Shown here one piece after another: positions 39,330 to 52,610 of a DNA stretch of 64,000 nucleotides. This DNA comes from Eledone cirrhosa (lineage: Eukaryota), in the NCBI GenBank assembly GCA_964016885.1, contig OZ024760.1, forward strand, positions 21,390,001-21,454,000, read 5' to 3'. Positions within the stretch are counted from its first letter, which is position 1. Each line of letters starts with the position of its first letter. The notes under the pieces are model-generated. The model was given only the letters and a program-made list of their open reading frames with translations, made no database searches and was not told the origin of the DNA. The position numbers and the translations under genes were made by a program.

Positions 39330-40680
39330 TGTGGCACATCTAATTATATCTGGCAGAACACTTAATTATATCTGGCGGCGCACCTAATTATATCTGGTGG
39401 AACACCTAATTATTTCTGGTGGCACACCTAATTATATCTGTGGCACATCTCATTATATCTGGCAGCACACCTAATTATATCTGGCGACACACCTAATTAT
39501 ATCTGGTGACACACCTAATTATATCTGGTGACACATGTAATATCTGGTGACACATCTAATTATATCTGGTGGCACATCTAATTATATCTGGAAGCACACC
39601 TAATTATATCTGGCAGCACACCTAATTATATCTGGTGGCACACCTAATTATTTCTGGTGGCACACCTAATTATATCTGTGGCACACCTAATTGTATCTGG
39701 TGACACATGTAATATCTGGTGACACATCTAATTATATCTGGTGGCACACCTAATTATATCTGTGGCACACCTAATTATATCTGGCAGCACACCTAATTAT
39801 ATCTGGTGGCACACCTAATTATTTCTGGTGGCACACCTAATTATATCTGTGGCACATCTCATTATATCTGGCAGCACACCTAATTATATCTGGTGGCACA
39901 CCTAATTATATCTAGTGACACATGTAATATCTGGTGACACATCTAATTATATCTGGTGGCACACCTAATTATATCTGTGGCACACCTAATTATATCTGTG
40001 GCACACCTAATTATATCTGGCAGCACACCTAATTATATCTGGTGGCACACCTAATTATTTCTGGTGGCACACCTAATTATATCTGTGGCACATCTCATTA
40101 TATCTGGCAGCACACCTAATTATATCTGGTGGCACACCTAATTATATCTAGTGACACATGTAATATCTGGTGACACATCTAATTATATCTGGTGACACAT
40201 CTAATTATATCTGGTGACACACCTAATTATATCTGTGGCACATCTCATTATATCTGGCAGCACACCTAATTATATCTGGCAGCACACCTAATTATATCTG
40301 GTGGCACACCTAATTATTTCTGGTGGCACACCTAATTATATCTGTGGCACATCTCATTATATCTGGCAGCACACCTAATTATATCTGGTGGCACACCTAA
40401 TTATATCTAGTGACACATGTAATATCTGGTGACACATCTAATTATATCTTGTGGCACAACTAATTATATCTGGTGGCACACTTCATTATACCTGGTGTCA
40501 TATCTGGTGGCACATCTCATATCTTGTGACACACCTCATTATATCTGGTGGCACATCTCATATCTTGTGACACACCTCATTATATCTGGTGGCACATCTC
40601 ATATCTTGTGACACACCTCATTATATCTGGTGGCACATCTCATATCTTGTGACATCTCATATCTGGTGGCACATCTCATT
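39330..40680. repeat. 22-bp minisatellite
   Basis: gcacacctaattatatctggtg. Confidence 0.95.
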
Positions 40681-41689
40681 ACATTTAGTTACATAATTGT
40701 ATATGTTTATACACACATTTCTCACAATTTTAGCTTACAACCTGTACTGTTTCTCTACAGATATGATTCTTCAGGGATCTGTACCTGTTTAGTATAGACA
40801 CAAAATACAGTTTCGTACTGAAGCAAACTCAAAACCTTCTCAGTCCTTGCTAATACCTGAAAAATTCCTCTGAACACCTTAGAACAGGGGTCGATAAAAC
40901 ATTTTGAAAATTGCAATTTGTCCCCTTTTCAAACTGTTTTACCAGCCCCTGTTCTAAGGTGTTTGGAGCAATGTGAAATAAAGTGTCTTTCTCAAGGTCA
41001 CAATGCATCTACCAATCCGGAAATCAAAATCACAACCTCACGATTGTGAATGCAACTGTCTAACCACTAAGCCACGTGCCTTCATATCACAATTGTGATG
41101 TTATGAATTTGATTCCTGGACTAGACAATATATTGTGTCCTTGAGCAAGACACTTTATTTCACATTACTCGAAATACCTTAGAATAGAGGTCGGTAAAAC
41201 ATTTTGAAAAGGTTAGGGAACAAATTGCGAATGCTTTTGTGTCGGCCATTGTGAATAAAAACCGAAACCATGATCATGCAAGGCTATAGACACAGTTGGT
41301 TTATAATTATTTTGTTTTCATCAGTAATATGAATAGCTAGCAGTACAGACATCCCTAAGTACCATAATGTCATTTAATTAAATTGATTGATATATCTATT
41401 AAAATATATCTGTAGCTAAGCCACAGGGGGCTCAGAATTTCAACACTGAATGATATACGAGGGCAATCTCAAATGTAAGGTCTCCTTCGGATATTGCAAC
41501 TTTTCCGTTAAAATCCTGTGGATGGTGCTTCGGGAAACTTTGAGGTTAACCCGCTGAGGTTAACTTTGCCTTTCATCCTTACGGGGTCGATAAGATAAAG
41601 TACCAGTAATACACTGGGGGTTATTGCTAGCCTTGTGCCAAAAAGTAGAAACAATTATTATAATCATCGTTATCATCGCCACTGCTATC

Positions 41690-41806
41690 AACTTCTTCAT
41701 CATCACCACTGTCATCATCATCACTGTCATCATCACCATCATCATCATCATCACCATCACCATCACCATCACCATCACTGCCATCATCACCATCATCATC
41801 ATCATC

Positions 41807-41838
<32 letters not shown>

Positions 41839-42240
41839 CATAACCATCATCATCAGTGGCATCTTCCTCACAATCATCACCATCACCATCACCATCATCA
41901 TCATCATCACCATCATCACTGCCATCATCACCATCACTGCCATCATCATCACCATCACCATCACCATCATCATCACCATCATCACCATCACTGCCATCAT
42001 CATCATCATCATCATCACCACTGCCATCATCACCATCATCACTATCATCATCACCATCACTGCCATCATCATCATCACCATCATCACTGCCATCATCACC
42101 ATCACTGCCATCATCATCACCACCATCATCACTGCCATCATCATCACCATCATCATCACCATCATCATCACCATCATCACCACCATCACCATCACCATCA
42201 TCACCATCATCACTGCCATCATCACCATCGTCACCACCAT
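41690..42240. repeat. (CAT/CAC)n tract
   Basis: Direct reading. Confidence 0.95.
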
Positions 42241-42337
42241 TGGAAATAATTTGTCCATTTGTTTTATCTTCTTTCCTTCTGTCATGGCAGTTATTGACCA
42301 GTTGACCAGTTGACCAGTTGACCAGTTGACCAAGAAG

Positions 42338-42445
42338 ATGAGATTTCAGATGTCTAAGAGAGCGGTCAGACTTGGCCTGTCACTAGGTGGCGCCACCTTA
42401 TTTGCTGCCTACCTCATACCAAAGTACCAACAAGTTACTAAACCG
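42338..42445 (+). CDS. GPD2: Mitochondrial glycerol-3-phosphate dehydrogenase, coding exon 1 (targeting peptide)
   Basis: MRFQMSKRAVRLGLSLGGATLFAAYLIPKYQQVTKP; upstream acceptor at 42289-42290, GTCAGT donor, phase 0. Confidence 0.75.
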
Positions 42446-42474
42446 GTCAGTTGCTTTCTTTAGATTGCTACATC

Positions 42475-43970
42475 TCTCTCTCACCCCTCTCTCTCTCACA
42501 CCCCTCTCTCTCTCACACCCCTCTCTCTCTCACACCCCTCTCTCTCTCACACCCCTCTCTCTCTCACACCCCTCTCTCTCTCTCACCCCTCTCTCTCTCT
42601 CACCCCTCTCTCTCTCTCTCTCTCACCCCTCTCTCTCTCTCTCTCTCTCACCCCTCTCTCTCTCTCTCACCCCTCTCTCTCTCTCTCACCCCTCTCTCTC
42701 TCTCTCACCCCTCTCTCTCTCTCACCCCTCTCTCTCTCTCTCTCTCTCTCTCACCTCTCTCTCTCTCTCTCACCCCTCTCTCTCTCTCTCTCTCACCCCT
42801 CTCTCTCTCTCTCACCCCTCTCTCTCTCTCTCTCACCCCCCCATTCAAACTCTTTCGCCCCTCCCATCTCACTCTTCCCCCTCTCCCCCTCTCACTCTTT
42901 CTCCCGCTCTCTTTCTCTCTCTCTCTCTCACATACTCTCACACTCTCACTCTCTCCCTTTTTTTTATCCTACCATTTTACACCAGCTATACCATCTACCC
43001 CAGCTATACCATCTACCCAAGCTATACCATCTACCCCAGCTATATCTACCTAGCTATACCATCTAGCCAGCTATACCATCTACCCAAGCTATACCATCTA
43101 CCCCAGCTATATCTACCTAGCTATACCATCTAGCCAGCTATACCATCTACCCCTGGTATGCCATCTACCCAGCTATACCATCTACCCCAATCATACCATC
43201 TACCCCAAACATACCATCTACCCAGCTATACCATTTAGCCCAAATATACCATCTACCCCAAATATACCATCTACCCCAGCTATACCATCTACCCCAAATA
43301 TACCATCTACCCAAAATATACCATCTACCTCAGCTATACCATCTACCTCAGCTATACCATCTACCCGAAACATACCATCTACCCCAAAGTTTCTAAACAC
43401 ACGTCCACCATTTCTAAACACACGTCCACCATTTCTAAACACACATCCACCATTTGTTAACACACATCCACCATTTCTAAACACACGTCCACCATTTCTA
43501 AACACACATCCACCATTTGTTAACACACATCCACCATTTCTAAACACACATCCACCATTTGTTAACACACGTCCACCATTTGTTAACACACGTCCACCAT
43601 TTCTAAACGCACGTCCACCATTTCTTAACACCATCCACCATTTGTTAACACATGTCCACCATTTGTTAACACACGTCCACCATTTCTAAACACGCGTCCA
43701 CCATTTCTAAACACACGTCCACCATTTGTTAACACACGTCCACCATTTCTAAACACACGTCCACCATTTCTAAACACACGTCCACCATTTCTAAACGCAC
43801 GTCCACCATTTGTTAACACACGTCCACCATTTGTTAACACACGTCCACCATTTCTAAACACACGTCCACCATTTCTAAACACACGTCCACCATTTCTAAA
43901 CACGCGTCCACCATTTGTTAACACACGTCCACCATTTGTTAACACACATCCACCATTTCTAAACGCACGT
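42475..43970. repeat. Intronic repeats: (CT)n-rich, 18-bp (42980-43390) and 21-bp (43390-43970) minisatellites
   Basis: Direct reading. Confidence 0.95.
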
Positions 43971-44006
43971 TCATAAATTATTATATTATCCCTTTTTCTT
44001 TCGCAG

Positions 44007-44169
44007 GCTGTATCCAGGTTGTCTGCTGCTGAGCCAGTACAGAAACTATCAAATGTCTTACCACTTCGAAAGGATATATTAACCTCCCTAAAAAATGATG
44101 AATTTGATGTTTTAGTGATTGGAGGGGGAGCCACAGGTACTGGTGTGGCCCTCGACTCAGTCAGCAGAG
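44007..44169 (+). CDS. GPD2: GPD2 coding exon 2 (FAD-binding motif)
   Basis: EFDVLVIGGGATGTGVALDSVSRG; AG/GT boundaries. Confidence 0.95.
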
Positions 44170-44879
44170 GTCAGTAACCAGCTGGTGCTTGTTTTTTCTT
44201 TTTCTTTTTGATTACTCTTTTACGTGATCCAGCCGACTGGCTGAGGCCATGCTGCGCACCGCCATTGAATTAATTGTACAACCTCAGCTAGAGATTGAGC
44301 CTCTAACTACACCACGTAAGGTACAAGATCCAACACTCTTACCAACTCAGCCATCAGCACATGTACTGTTTAGTTTAGGTGTTTGTATGTGGAGGGGCAC
44401 GGGAATGAGAGATTTTATTATGTCTTGGTAGAAGTTATCATTCCTGACATCATCATCATCATCATCATCATCATTTAACGTCTGCTTTCCCTGCTACCAA
44501 GGGTTGGAAGGGTCTTCATAGACTAAATCAGTAGTGACCTCCCAGACTGGCCAATGGGTCTGTATCCCACTTACGTACAGTCATTATAGAGTGCAGAGAA
44601 GAAGTTGTATCTTTTGACACAAACTGACAGGTCCTCCTAATCCCTTGTTTGGAAAGCTTTCTATGACTGGATGCCCTTCCTATCATTACCACTCTGCAGT
44701 GTGTACTGGGTGTATTTATTGTTTAGATCACCAATGCCAGGGAGGCTGTCATGACCTTGACCCAACTAAAGGGTCCTCCCTTTGTTTGGCAAGCTTGTCC
44801 TGATATACTTTGAATAAACTATCCATTGTCAATGTACCACTGCCATACCTGCCTCACAGCTACACCTGTACCTCTTGGC

Positions 44880-45760
44880 CATACCTGTGTCTCAGTTATA
44901 GCCATACCTGTGCCATAACCATACCTGTGCCATAGTCACACCTGTGCCACAGCCACACCTGTGCCATAGCCACAACTGTGCCATAGTCACACCTGTGCCA
45001 TAACCATACCTGTGCCATAGCCATACCTGTGCCATAGCCACACCTGTGCCACATCCACACCTGTGCCACAGCCACACCTGTGCCACAGCCACACCTGTGC
45101 CACAGCCACACCTGTGCCACAGCCACACCTGTGCCATAGTCACACCTGTGCCACAGCCACACCTGTTCCACAGCCACACCTGTGCCATAGAAACACCTGT
45201 GCCATAGCCACACCTGTGCCATAGCCACACCTGTGCCATAGAAACACCTGTGCCATAGCCACACCTGTGCCATAGCCACACCTGTGCCACAGCCATACCT
45301 GTGCCACAGCCACACCTGTGCCACAGCCACACCTGTGCCACAGCCACACCTGTGCCACAGCCACACCTGTGCCACAACCACACCTGTGCCATAGTCACAC
45401 CTGTTCCACAGCCACACCTGTGCCACATCCACACCTGTGCCACAGCCACACCTGTGCCATAGCCACACCTGTGCCACAGCCACACCTGTGTCATAGCCAC
45501 ACCTGTGCCACAGCCACACCTGTCATAGCCACACCTGTGTCATAGCCACACCTGTGCCATAGCCACACCTGTGCCATAGCCACACCTGTGCCACAGCCAC
45601 ACCTGTGCCATATCCACAACTGTGCCATAGCCACACCTGTGCCATAGCCACACCTGTGCCACAGCCACACCTGTGCCACAGCCACACCTGTGTCACAGCC
45701 ACACCTGCGCCATAGTCACACCTATGTCATAGCCACATATGCCATAACCACATGTGCCTC
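44880..45760. repeat. 17-bp minisatellite
   Basis: gccacacctgtgccata. Confidence 0.95.
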
Positions 45761-45879
45761 AAGTGGTTGATAAAATAAAGTACCAGTAATGCACTGGGGT
45801 AATTGCTGGCCTTGTGCCAAAAAGTAGAAACAATTGTTAATCTGAAAGCAATTCTTTTTATCACCTTTCACACACTCAG

Positions 45880-46004
45880 GTTTGAAAACTGCGATGATTG
45901 AAAAATATGACTTTGCATCTGGGACCAGCAGCCGAAGTACGAAGCTGATTCATGGAGGTGTACGTTACCTACAGAAGGCTGTCTTCAATTTAGACTATGA
46001 CCAG
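45880..46004 (+). CDS. GPD2: GPD2 coding exon 3
   Basis: [41 protein letters not shown]. Confidence 0.97.
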
Positions 46005-46009
46005 GTAAA

Positions 46010-47012
46010 TATATATATTCATTAGATTATGAACAGGTAAATATATATATATATATATATATACTGTTTCCTGGAGGTGTACATCACCTGTGGAAAGCTA
46101 TCTTTAATTTAGATTATGATTAGGAAAATGTAGATTCTCTTTAAATTATGTACAGGTAAATATATATATTCATTAGATTATGAACAGGTAAATATATATA
46201 TATATATATACTGTTTCCTGGAGGTGTACGTCACCTGTGGAAAGCTATCTTTAATTTAGATTATGATTAGGAAAATGTAGATTCTCTTTAAATTATGTAC
46301 AGGTAAATATATATATTCATGAGATTACGAACAGGTAAATATATATATATATATATATATACTGTTTCCTGGAGGTGTACGTCACCTGTGGAAAGCTATC
46401 TTTAATTTAGATTATGATTAGGAAAATGTAGATTCTCTTTAAATTATGTACAGGTAAATATATATATTCATGAGATTACGAACAGGTAAATATATATATA
46501 TATATATACTGTTTCCTGGAGGTGTACGTCACCTGTGGAAAGCTATCTTTAATTTAGATTATGATTAGGAAAATGTAGATTCTCTTTAAATTATGTACAG
46601 GTAAATATATATATTCATGAGATTACGAACAGGTAAATATATATATATATACTGTTTCCTGGAGCTGTACGTCACCTGTGGAAAGCTATCTTTAATTTAG
46701 ATTATGATTAGGAAAATGTAGATTCTCTTTAAATTATGTACAGGTAAATATATATATTCATTAGATTATGAACAGGTAAATATGTCAGTCCAAACTGTAA
46801 TGTGGCTGGTAATAGGAAGGGCATCTAGCCAGAAAGACCCTGCCAAAAATATTATTCTCACTAATTGCATATACATCCAAGCATGGAAAAATGGACACAA
46901 AAACAACAATGATGATTGTTTAATGGAGATGCATGTTATCTGCAGAAGGCTGCCTTCAATTAAGATTATGAACAGGTAATTACTTATACACATTAGATTA
47001 GAAACAGGTAAA
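46010..47012 (+). repeat. ~147-bp x5 tandem repeat plus relics derived from exon 3 end and donor
   Basis: Unit tggaggtgtacgtcacctgtggaaagctatctttaatttagattatga aligns to exon tggaggtgtacgttacctacagaaggctgtcttcaatttagactatga. Confidence 0.9.
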
Positions 47013-48159
47013 GATATATACTGTATATACTCAGATATGAATTTAGTGAACCATGAGGTCTGAAAGGTTGGCACCTGCTGAATTAGAGTATAGCTTTTGT
47101 TTTACAGCAATGTAATGAGTTTGCATTACATTAAGTTTCAACAACGGTGGGGGGGGGGGGGGGGGGGGTGGATTGGCAGTATCGGTAGAGGGTCGGACGC
47201 CATGCTTTGACGCATAGAGTTACGGCCCTTGCCATTCTGAGTTCAAACCCCGCCGAGGTTGACTTTGCCTTTCATCCTTACGGGGGGTCGATAAAATAAA
47301 GTACCAGTAATACACTGGGTATTTGCTGGCCTCGTGCCAAAAGTAGAAACAATTACATTAAGTTTCAACAAGTTTCTTTAACCTTTGTTTACTTCCAGCC
47401 ACTCATATGCTGGGAGTAGTTTGAAAAGAGAACTTTGTACAGGGATTCATAGAGTAGAAAGGGGGGGGGGGAGACAGCAAGTGAGAGTGAGGGGAGGTAG
47501 AGCGAGAAAAAGAGAGAGTGAGAGCAATAAAATAAAATAAAAAGTAAGATTGAAAGAAAAAAATATGTGTGTGTGTGTATGCGTGCATCGGTGTGAGATT
47601 TTTATCTATATATAAATTTGAGTGACATCCGTCTGTCTGTCTAACACTATGTGTTTGTGTGAATGCATGTGTGTTAAAGGAAGGAAGGGGATGGTGAAAA
47701 AAACTATAGCAAAATAGTGGCTGGTGTTCCATTTACTATGTTGTGTGTGAGTATATGTTTGTGTAAATGCACGTGTGTGTGTGTGTTTGTGTGATTGTAT
47801 GTGTATTTGTGTGAATGTATCTGTGTTTGTATTTTTGTGTGTCTCTGTGTGTTTATATTTATATACTCATACATATAAATGTATGCATGTGCACATACAC
47901 ATACACACACACACATACAAATATGCATCAGCATGTTGAAAAAATTCTAGTGTATTAAAAAGTTCAAATTATAAAAAGTTTGTTGGAAATATTTTCAAGG
48001 AAATGCATAAATAACACCAGTGACAATGTAGTTAATGTAGAAAAACTGCTTCATTGTGAGATACTCACTCCAGATATTTTAGCACCTTATTTATGTGGAA
48101 TTTGAAGTTGGTGAAAATAGTCAAAATATTGACTCCAAGTGTAATCCCCCCCCCTCCCT

Positions 48160-48510
48160 GTTGGATGTGCAATGTCAATGTGCGTGGACCAAGCATGGAC
48201 GAGTTGAGAAAGAAACTGGGTATAAGAGGGATAAGTTGTGGTGTGCAGGAGAGAAGGCTGAGCTGGTATGGGCATGTGATGCGCATGGTGGATGACCGCT
48301 GTGTAAAGAAGTGCCAAGAAATCTCAGTAGAAGGAAGACGCAGAAGAGGTAGACCACGTAAAACATGAGCGGAGGTGGTGAGAGCTGACCTCAGATCGCT
48401 GAAACTCACCGAGGAGATGATGAAGGACCGTAACAAGTGGAGAGATGCTGTGCTGAATAGGACCCGTCCAAGCAGGGAAAAGCGGATGTAAAATGATGAT
48501 GATGATGATA
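48160..48510 (+). mobile_element. RTE LINE 3' end with (GAT)n tail
   Basis: RRLSWYGHVMRM...EGRRRRGRPRKT; tail gcagggaaaagcggatgtaaaatgatgat. Confidence 0.85.
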
Positions 48511-49221
48511 TATATATAACAGAGTGTTGTAGTTTGCTTGAAGCATTGTGGAATAGGAAATACAAATTTAAATAAGTTTAAAAGCTCTATAATGCGTACA
48601 AGAATAAAGGTTCCAAGGTAATAGGTTTTATAGAGGAAAGAATAAGGGCGATAGAATTTTACCTTAGCAAATTTAATTATCTTAAATATTTTGGGTTTAA
48701 AAGCCCATTCTCAAGAGAGGATCCATGTGTAGGTGTTCAAATAGCAATCGGAGAAGAGTTGTTGTTTGGCTGGCAGATTTAATTTAGATGTAAAGAAAAG
48801 ATGTTAAAATTTAGAGCTTCATCATCATCATCATCACCAATTTACGTCCGTTCTTCCACGCTAGCATGGGTTAGACGGGTTGTCCTGTTGTGGGCAGTGT
48901 CTGGTCGGCTGACCTTGTCTTGCTCATATGGGAACTGATTCTGGCTTGATTTCTACAGCTGGATGCCCTTCCTAACACCAACCTCATTTACAGTGAGTGC
49001 TGGGTGCTTTTTTTCCGTGATGCCTACACGTCCACTTTACAGTGTGGTCTGAGTGCTTTTTTGCTTATATCTATCTCTATATATATATATATATAAACAT
49101 AGGTGTTGGTGGTGATGGTGTTGGGTTGTTTTTGGTAGTGGTGTTGATGGTGGTGATGTTGTTGTTGTTGTTGATGGTGTTGGTGTTAAGTATTTCTGTG
49201 ATAGTCTGTTTCTATTTTCAG

Positions 49222-49319
49222 TATAAAATGGTTAAGGAGGCATTAATTGAGAGATCAAACCTTATACAAATAGCGCCACACTTAGCTTATGCTTTCCCCA
49301 TCATGTTGCCCCTCTATAG
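49222..49319 (+). CDS. GPD2: GPD2 coding exon 4
   Basis: YKMVKEALIERSNLIQIAPHLAYAFPIMLPLY; GTAAGT donor. Confidence 0.97.
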
Positions 49320-49499
49320 GTAAGTTTGGAACTTTTCTTAAACCCCCATCTCTGCCCCCAACCTTACTTCACCTCTCTCTCCTCCTCCTCCTTCTCCTCC
49401 TAAAGATATCTGACCAATTCTCATTTTTGAATATCACTTTTGGTTATATCCTTTCTTTATTTTTTAATATTCTTATATTCTTAATTTACATTCTTTTAT

Positions 49500-49870
49500 T
49501 CTTTCTCTATATTCTATCATTCCTTCTCTATATTCTATCATTCCTTCTCTATATTATATCATTCCTTCTATATATTATATCATTCCTTCTCTATATTCTA
49601 TCATTCCTTCTCTATATTCTACCATTCCTTCTCTATATTTTATCATTCCTTCTCTATATTATATCATTCCTTCTATATATTCTATCATTCCTTCTCTATA
49701 TTTTATCATTCCTTCTCTATATTCTATCATTCCTTCTCTATATTCTATCATTCCTTCTCTATATTATATCATTCCTTCTCTATATTCTATCATTCCTTCT
49801 CTATATTCTATCATTCCTTCTCTATATTCTATCATTCCTTCTCTATATTCTATCATTCCTTCTCTATACT
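49500..49870. repeat. 21-bp minisatellite
   Basis: tatattctatcattccttctc. Confidence 0.95.
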
Positions 49871-49976
49871 TTCAGTCTCTCTGTTATTCTTTATTAATGT
49901 CTTCCATGAATTCTGAATAAAATATTTTAGAACATTTCAATAAAATATTTACCCCTTTTATTACAATATTTCTACA

Positions 49977-50310
49977 CTGCATGGCTTAGTGGTTAGAGCA
50001 TTGGCCTTGCAATCGAAAGATTGTGAGTTCAATTCTCAGACCGGCTGATGTGTTGTTTCCTTGAGCAAGACACTTTATTTCACATTGCTCCAGTTTACTC
50101 AGCTGTAGAAATGAGATGATAGGGACTGGGGTCCCTATCATTCCACTGCAAAGTGGACGTGTAGGTGCCACGGCCAAAAAGCACCCAGCACTCACTGTAA
50201 ATGAGGTTGGTGTTAGGAAGGGCATCCAGCTGTAGAAATCAAGCCAGAATCAGTTCCCGTCCCACCCTTGCAAGCAGGGAAAAGCGGACGTAAAATGATG
50301 ATGATGATGG
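49977..50310 (+). mobile_element. SINE family A, full length
   Basis: tRNA head to (GAT)n tail. Confidence 0.9.
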
Positions 50311-51159
50311 CCTGTAGTATTGAAAACATTTTGAAATTAATGAAGAATTTAAAGGGATTTAGTAATAGAACTAATTTTCTCATTATTAAATGGATGTTTG
50401 GAACAGAACTTAACAACGGTTCTTAAATAAAATTATGATGGAAATTGTTTTAGATAAACATTTTAAAATAAAAACTTTAAAATAAAAAAAAAGCTTTGTA
50501 TCATAGAACCAGGGTTGGTGTCAGATGATTTGGTATCATAGAACCAGAGGTGGTATCTTAAAACCATAAGTGGTGTCTGGTGGTTTGGTATCATAGAACC
50601 AGGGGTAATTTCAGGTGATTTGGTATCTTAAAACCAGGGGTAATTTCAGGTGATTTGATATGGTGAAGGTTAAATTTAGATGATGGTTTAAATCTCTCAG
50701 GTAATAGTTAGGAGTTAAGATAGATTAATGAAATGTATTGCAGTACTAATCTTATTAACTATCTCGTTACATATCGGTATAATTTTCATTCTTTAATTAG
50801 TAACATTAGCTTTGTGTTTTTTATATATTTTTTATTTTTCTATTTATTTATTTACTTGTTAACCTCTTCATTATGTTATTATTATCGGTGGAGGATCGGA
50901 CGCCATGCTTTGCAGCATAGAGTTACGGCCCTTTATGATCTGAGTTCAAATCCCGCCAAGCTTAACTTCGCCTTTCATTCTTACAGGGTTGATAAAATAA
51001 AATACCAGTCACGCACTGGGGTCGATTTAATCGACTTTCCCCTCCCCCAAAATTGCTAGATATTTGCTGTTATTTCTCTTCCATCTGGTTGATAGGTATA
51101 GAAACATTATTATTACATATATCTATAGTGCCTTTTGCATCCCCCCCCCCCCCCCCAAA

Positions 51160-51940
51160 CTGAGGCCATCATCTTCCCTGCAGATGAAACGACTTTGGCT
51201 TTCTTTGGAGCAGGTGAGGAGGGGTGTTTCCACTGCATAGATTGTCTCTTTGATTCTTTGTCTCTGGCTCAAAGTGATGAACCCAACACTCATCCTGGTT
51301 AAGTTCAGGGAAACCAGCTGGATCTACTTCAAACAATATCAGATTTCCCCATGATGTGATCAATCTGATGTGCTTTTCATCAGGTGTCAGAAGATGTGGC
51401 ACCCACCAATCAGAAACCTTTGTCATGTCAAGTTCATTGTGCAGAATATTCTCAACTCTCTCACGGGATATGCTAATAGCAATGTTTATTTGATTTATAG
51501 TCAATCACCTGTCACCCATCACCATGTGGTGAACATGGTCAATGTTTTCCTTGGTGGTGGCAGTTGCAGGATGTCCAGACCTTGGGTTATCTTCAAGACT
51601 CTCCCTTTCCCTCCTGAATTCAGCTGCCCACTTTTGCACTGTTGATAAAGCTGGAGTGTCACCCCACTAATGTAGCAACCATGTCAACATGAATGTCCTA
51701 GGGGGGGCTAAACCCTTTTCCTGCAATTAATTGATAACACCACAATGCCAAATTTTGTCCAGTTTCAAGAGAAGCTGCTACTAGTTACTTTTGAAGTCTT
51801 CTTTGAACAGTCAGATGTCAGTTTACTCGGAAAAACAATGCAGTTATTAAGAAGAGTTGATATGAATGCATGCAAGATTTCACAGCTCTAGCATCATTGC
51901 TTCAAAGTCAGCTTATGAACCTTTCAGCAAACCCTCGTAT
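51160..51940 (-). mobile_element. mariner transposon relic (5' TIR and N-terminal transposase)
   Basis: WVPHLLT and DECWVHHFEPETK motifs; terminus TA-CGAGGGTTTGCTGAAAGGTTC. Confidence 0.85.
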
Positions 51941-51951
51941 ATATATTTATA

Positions 51952-52105
51952 TGAGTCTCAGGGTCCCGACGACTGAGCTCTTGCCGTTTCAACAGATAGT
52001 TTCAGCCGTCAGGGGGTCCTGACTTATTCATATAACCATACTCTACTACCCCAAGTATTGAGTACTCTGGTGAGTAATGGTCTAACTGCTGAATCCTTCT
52101 TGATT
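51952..52105. mobile_element. Diverged short fold-back relative of the 24624-27013 PLE family
   Basis: Shares ctctactaccccaagtattgagtact; inverted head contains gactgagctcttgccgtttc. Confidence 0.6.
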
Positions 52106-52446
52106 TACACACACACACAGTGAATTGGCAGAGTTATTAAGACGTCGGATAGAATGCTTTACGGTATTCATACCACCTCATTGCATGCCCTGAGTTCAAA
52201 TCCCGCTGTGGTCAACTTTGCCTTTCACCCTTTCGAGGTCAATAAAATAGGTACCAGTCCAGTACTGAGGTTAATTCTTCCTCTATTGAAAAATCGGCTG
52301 TGTTCAGACCTGAGAGGGATGGGCTCCGCCAGGTTTTAAAGTGCCCCAGACATGCTGTATGACAGTGCCTCCACGACTCAACAAGGAGTTGTAGGATCTT
52401 CATCCTTATATATATACTATCAAATGACTTCTTTGTTGTTTTTCAG

Positions 52447-52610
52447 GTGGTGGCAAGTACCTTACTATTGGGCCGGTATTAAAATGTATGATTTTGTGGC
52501 TGGGAAACAGAAATTAAAAAGCAGTTATTTTCTTTCAAAGTCAAAGGCTTTGGAATTATTCCCAATGCTGAAGAAAGATGAATTGGTTGGTGCCCTGGTT
52601 TATTATGATG
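52447..52610 (+). CDS. GPD2: GPD2 coding exon 5
   Basis: WWQVPYYWAGIKMYDFVAGKQKLKSSYFLSKSKALELFPMLKKDELVGALVYYD. Confidence 0.97.

Noticed and set aside
33670-40680. CRISPR-like arrays
   Set aside because: Eukaryotic tandem repeats with no unique spacers.
41560-43133. Poly-His, poly-Met and SL-rich ORFs
   Set aside because: Microsatellite translations.
51960-52025. Complete minus-strand hammerhead (CTGACGG...GAAAC)
   Set aside because: The apparent 5' core is a by-product of the fold-back junction; stem II does not pair.
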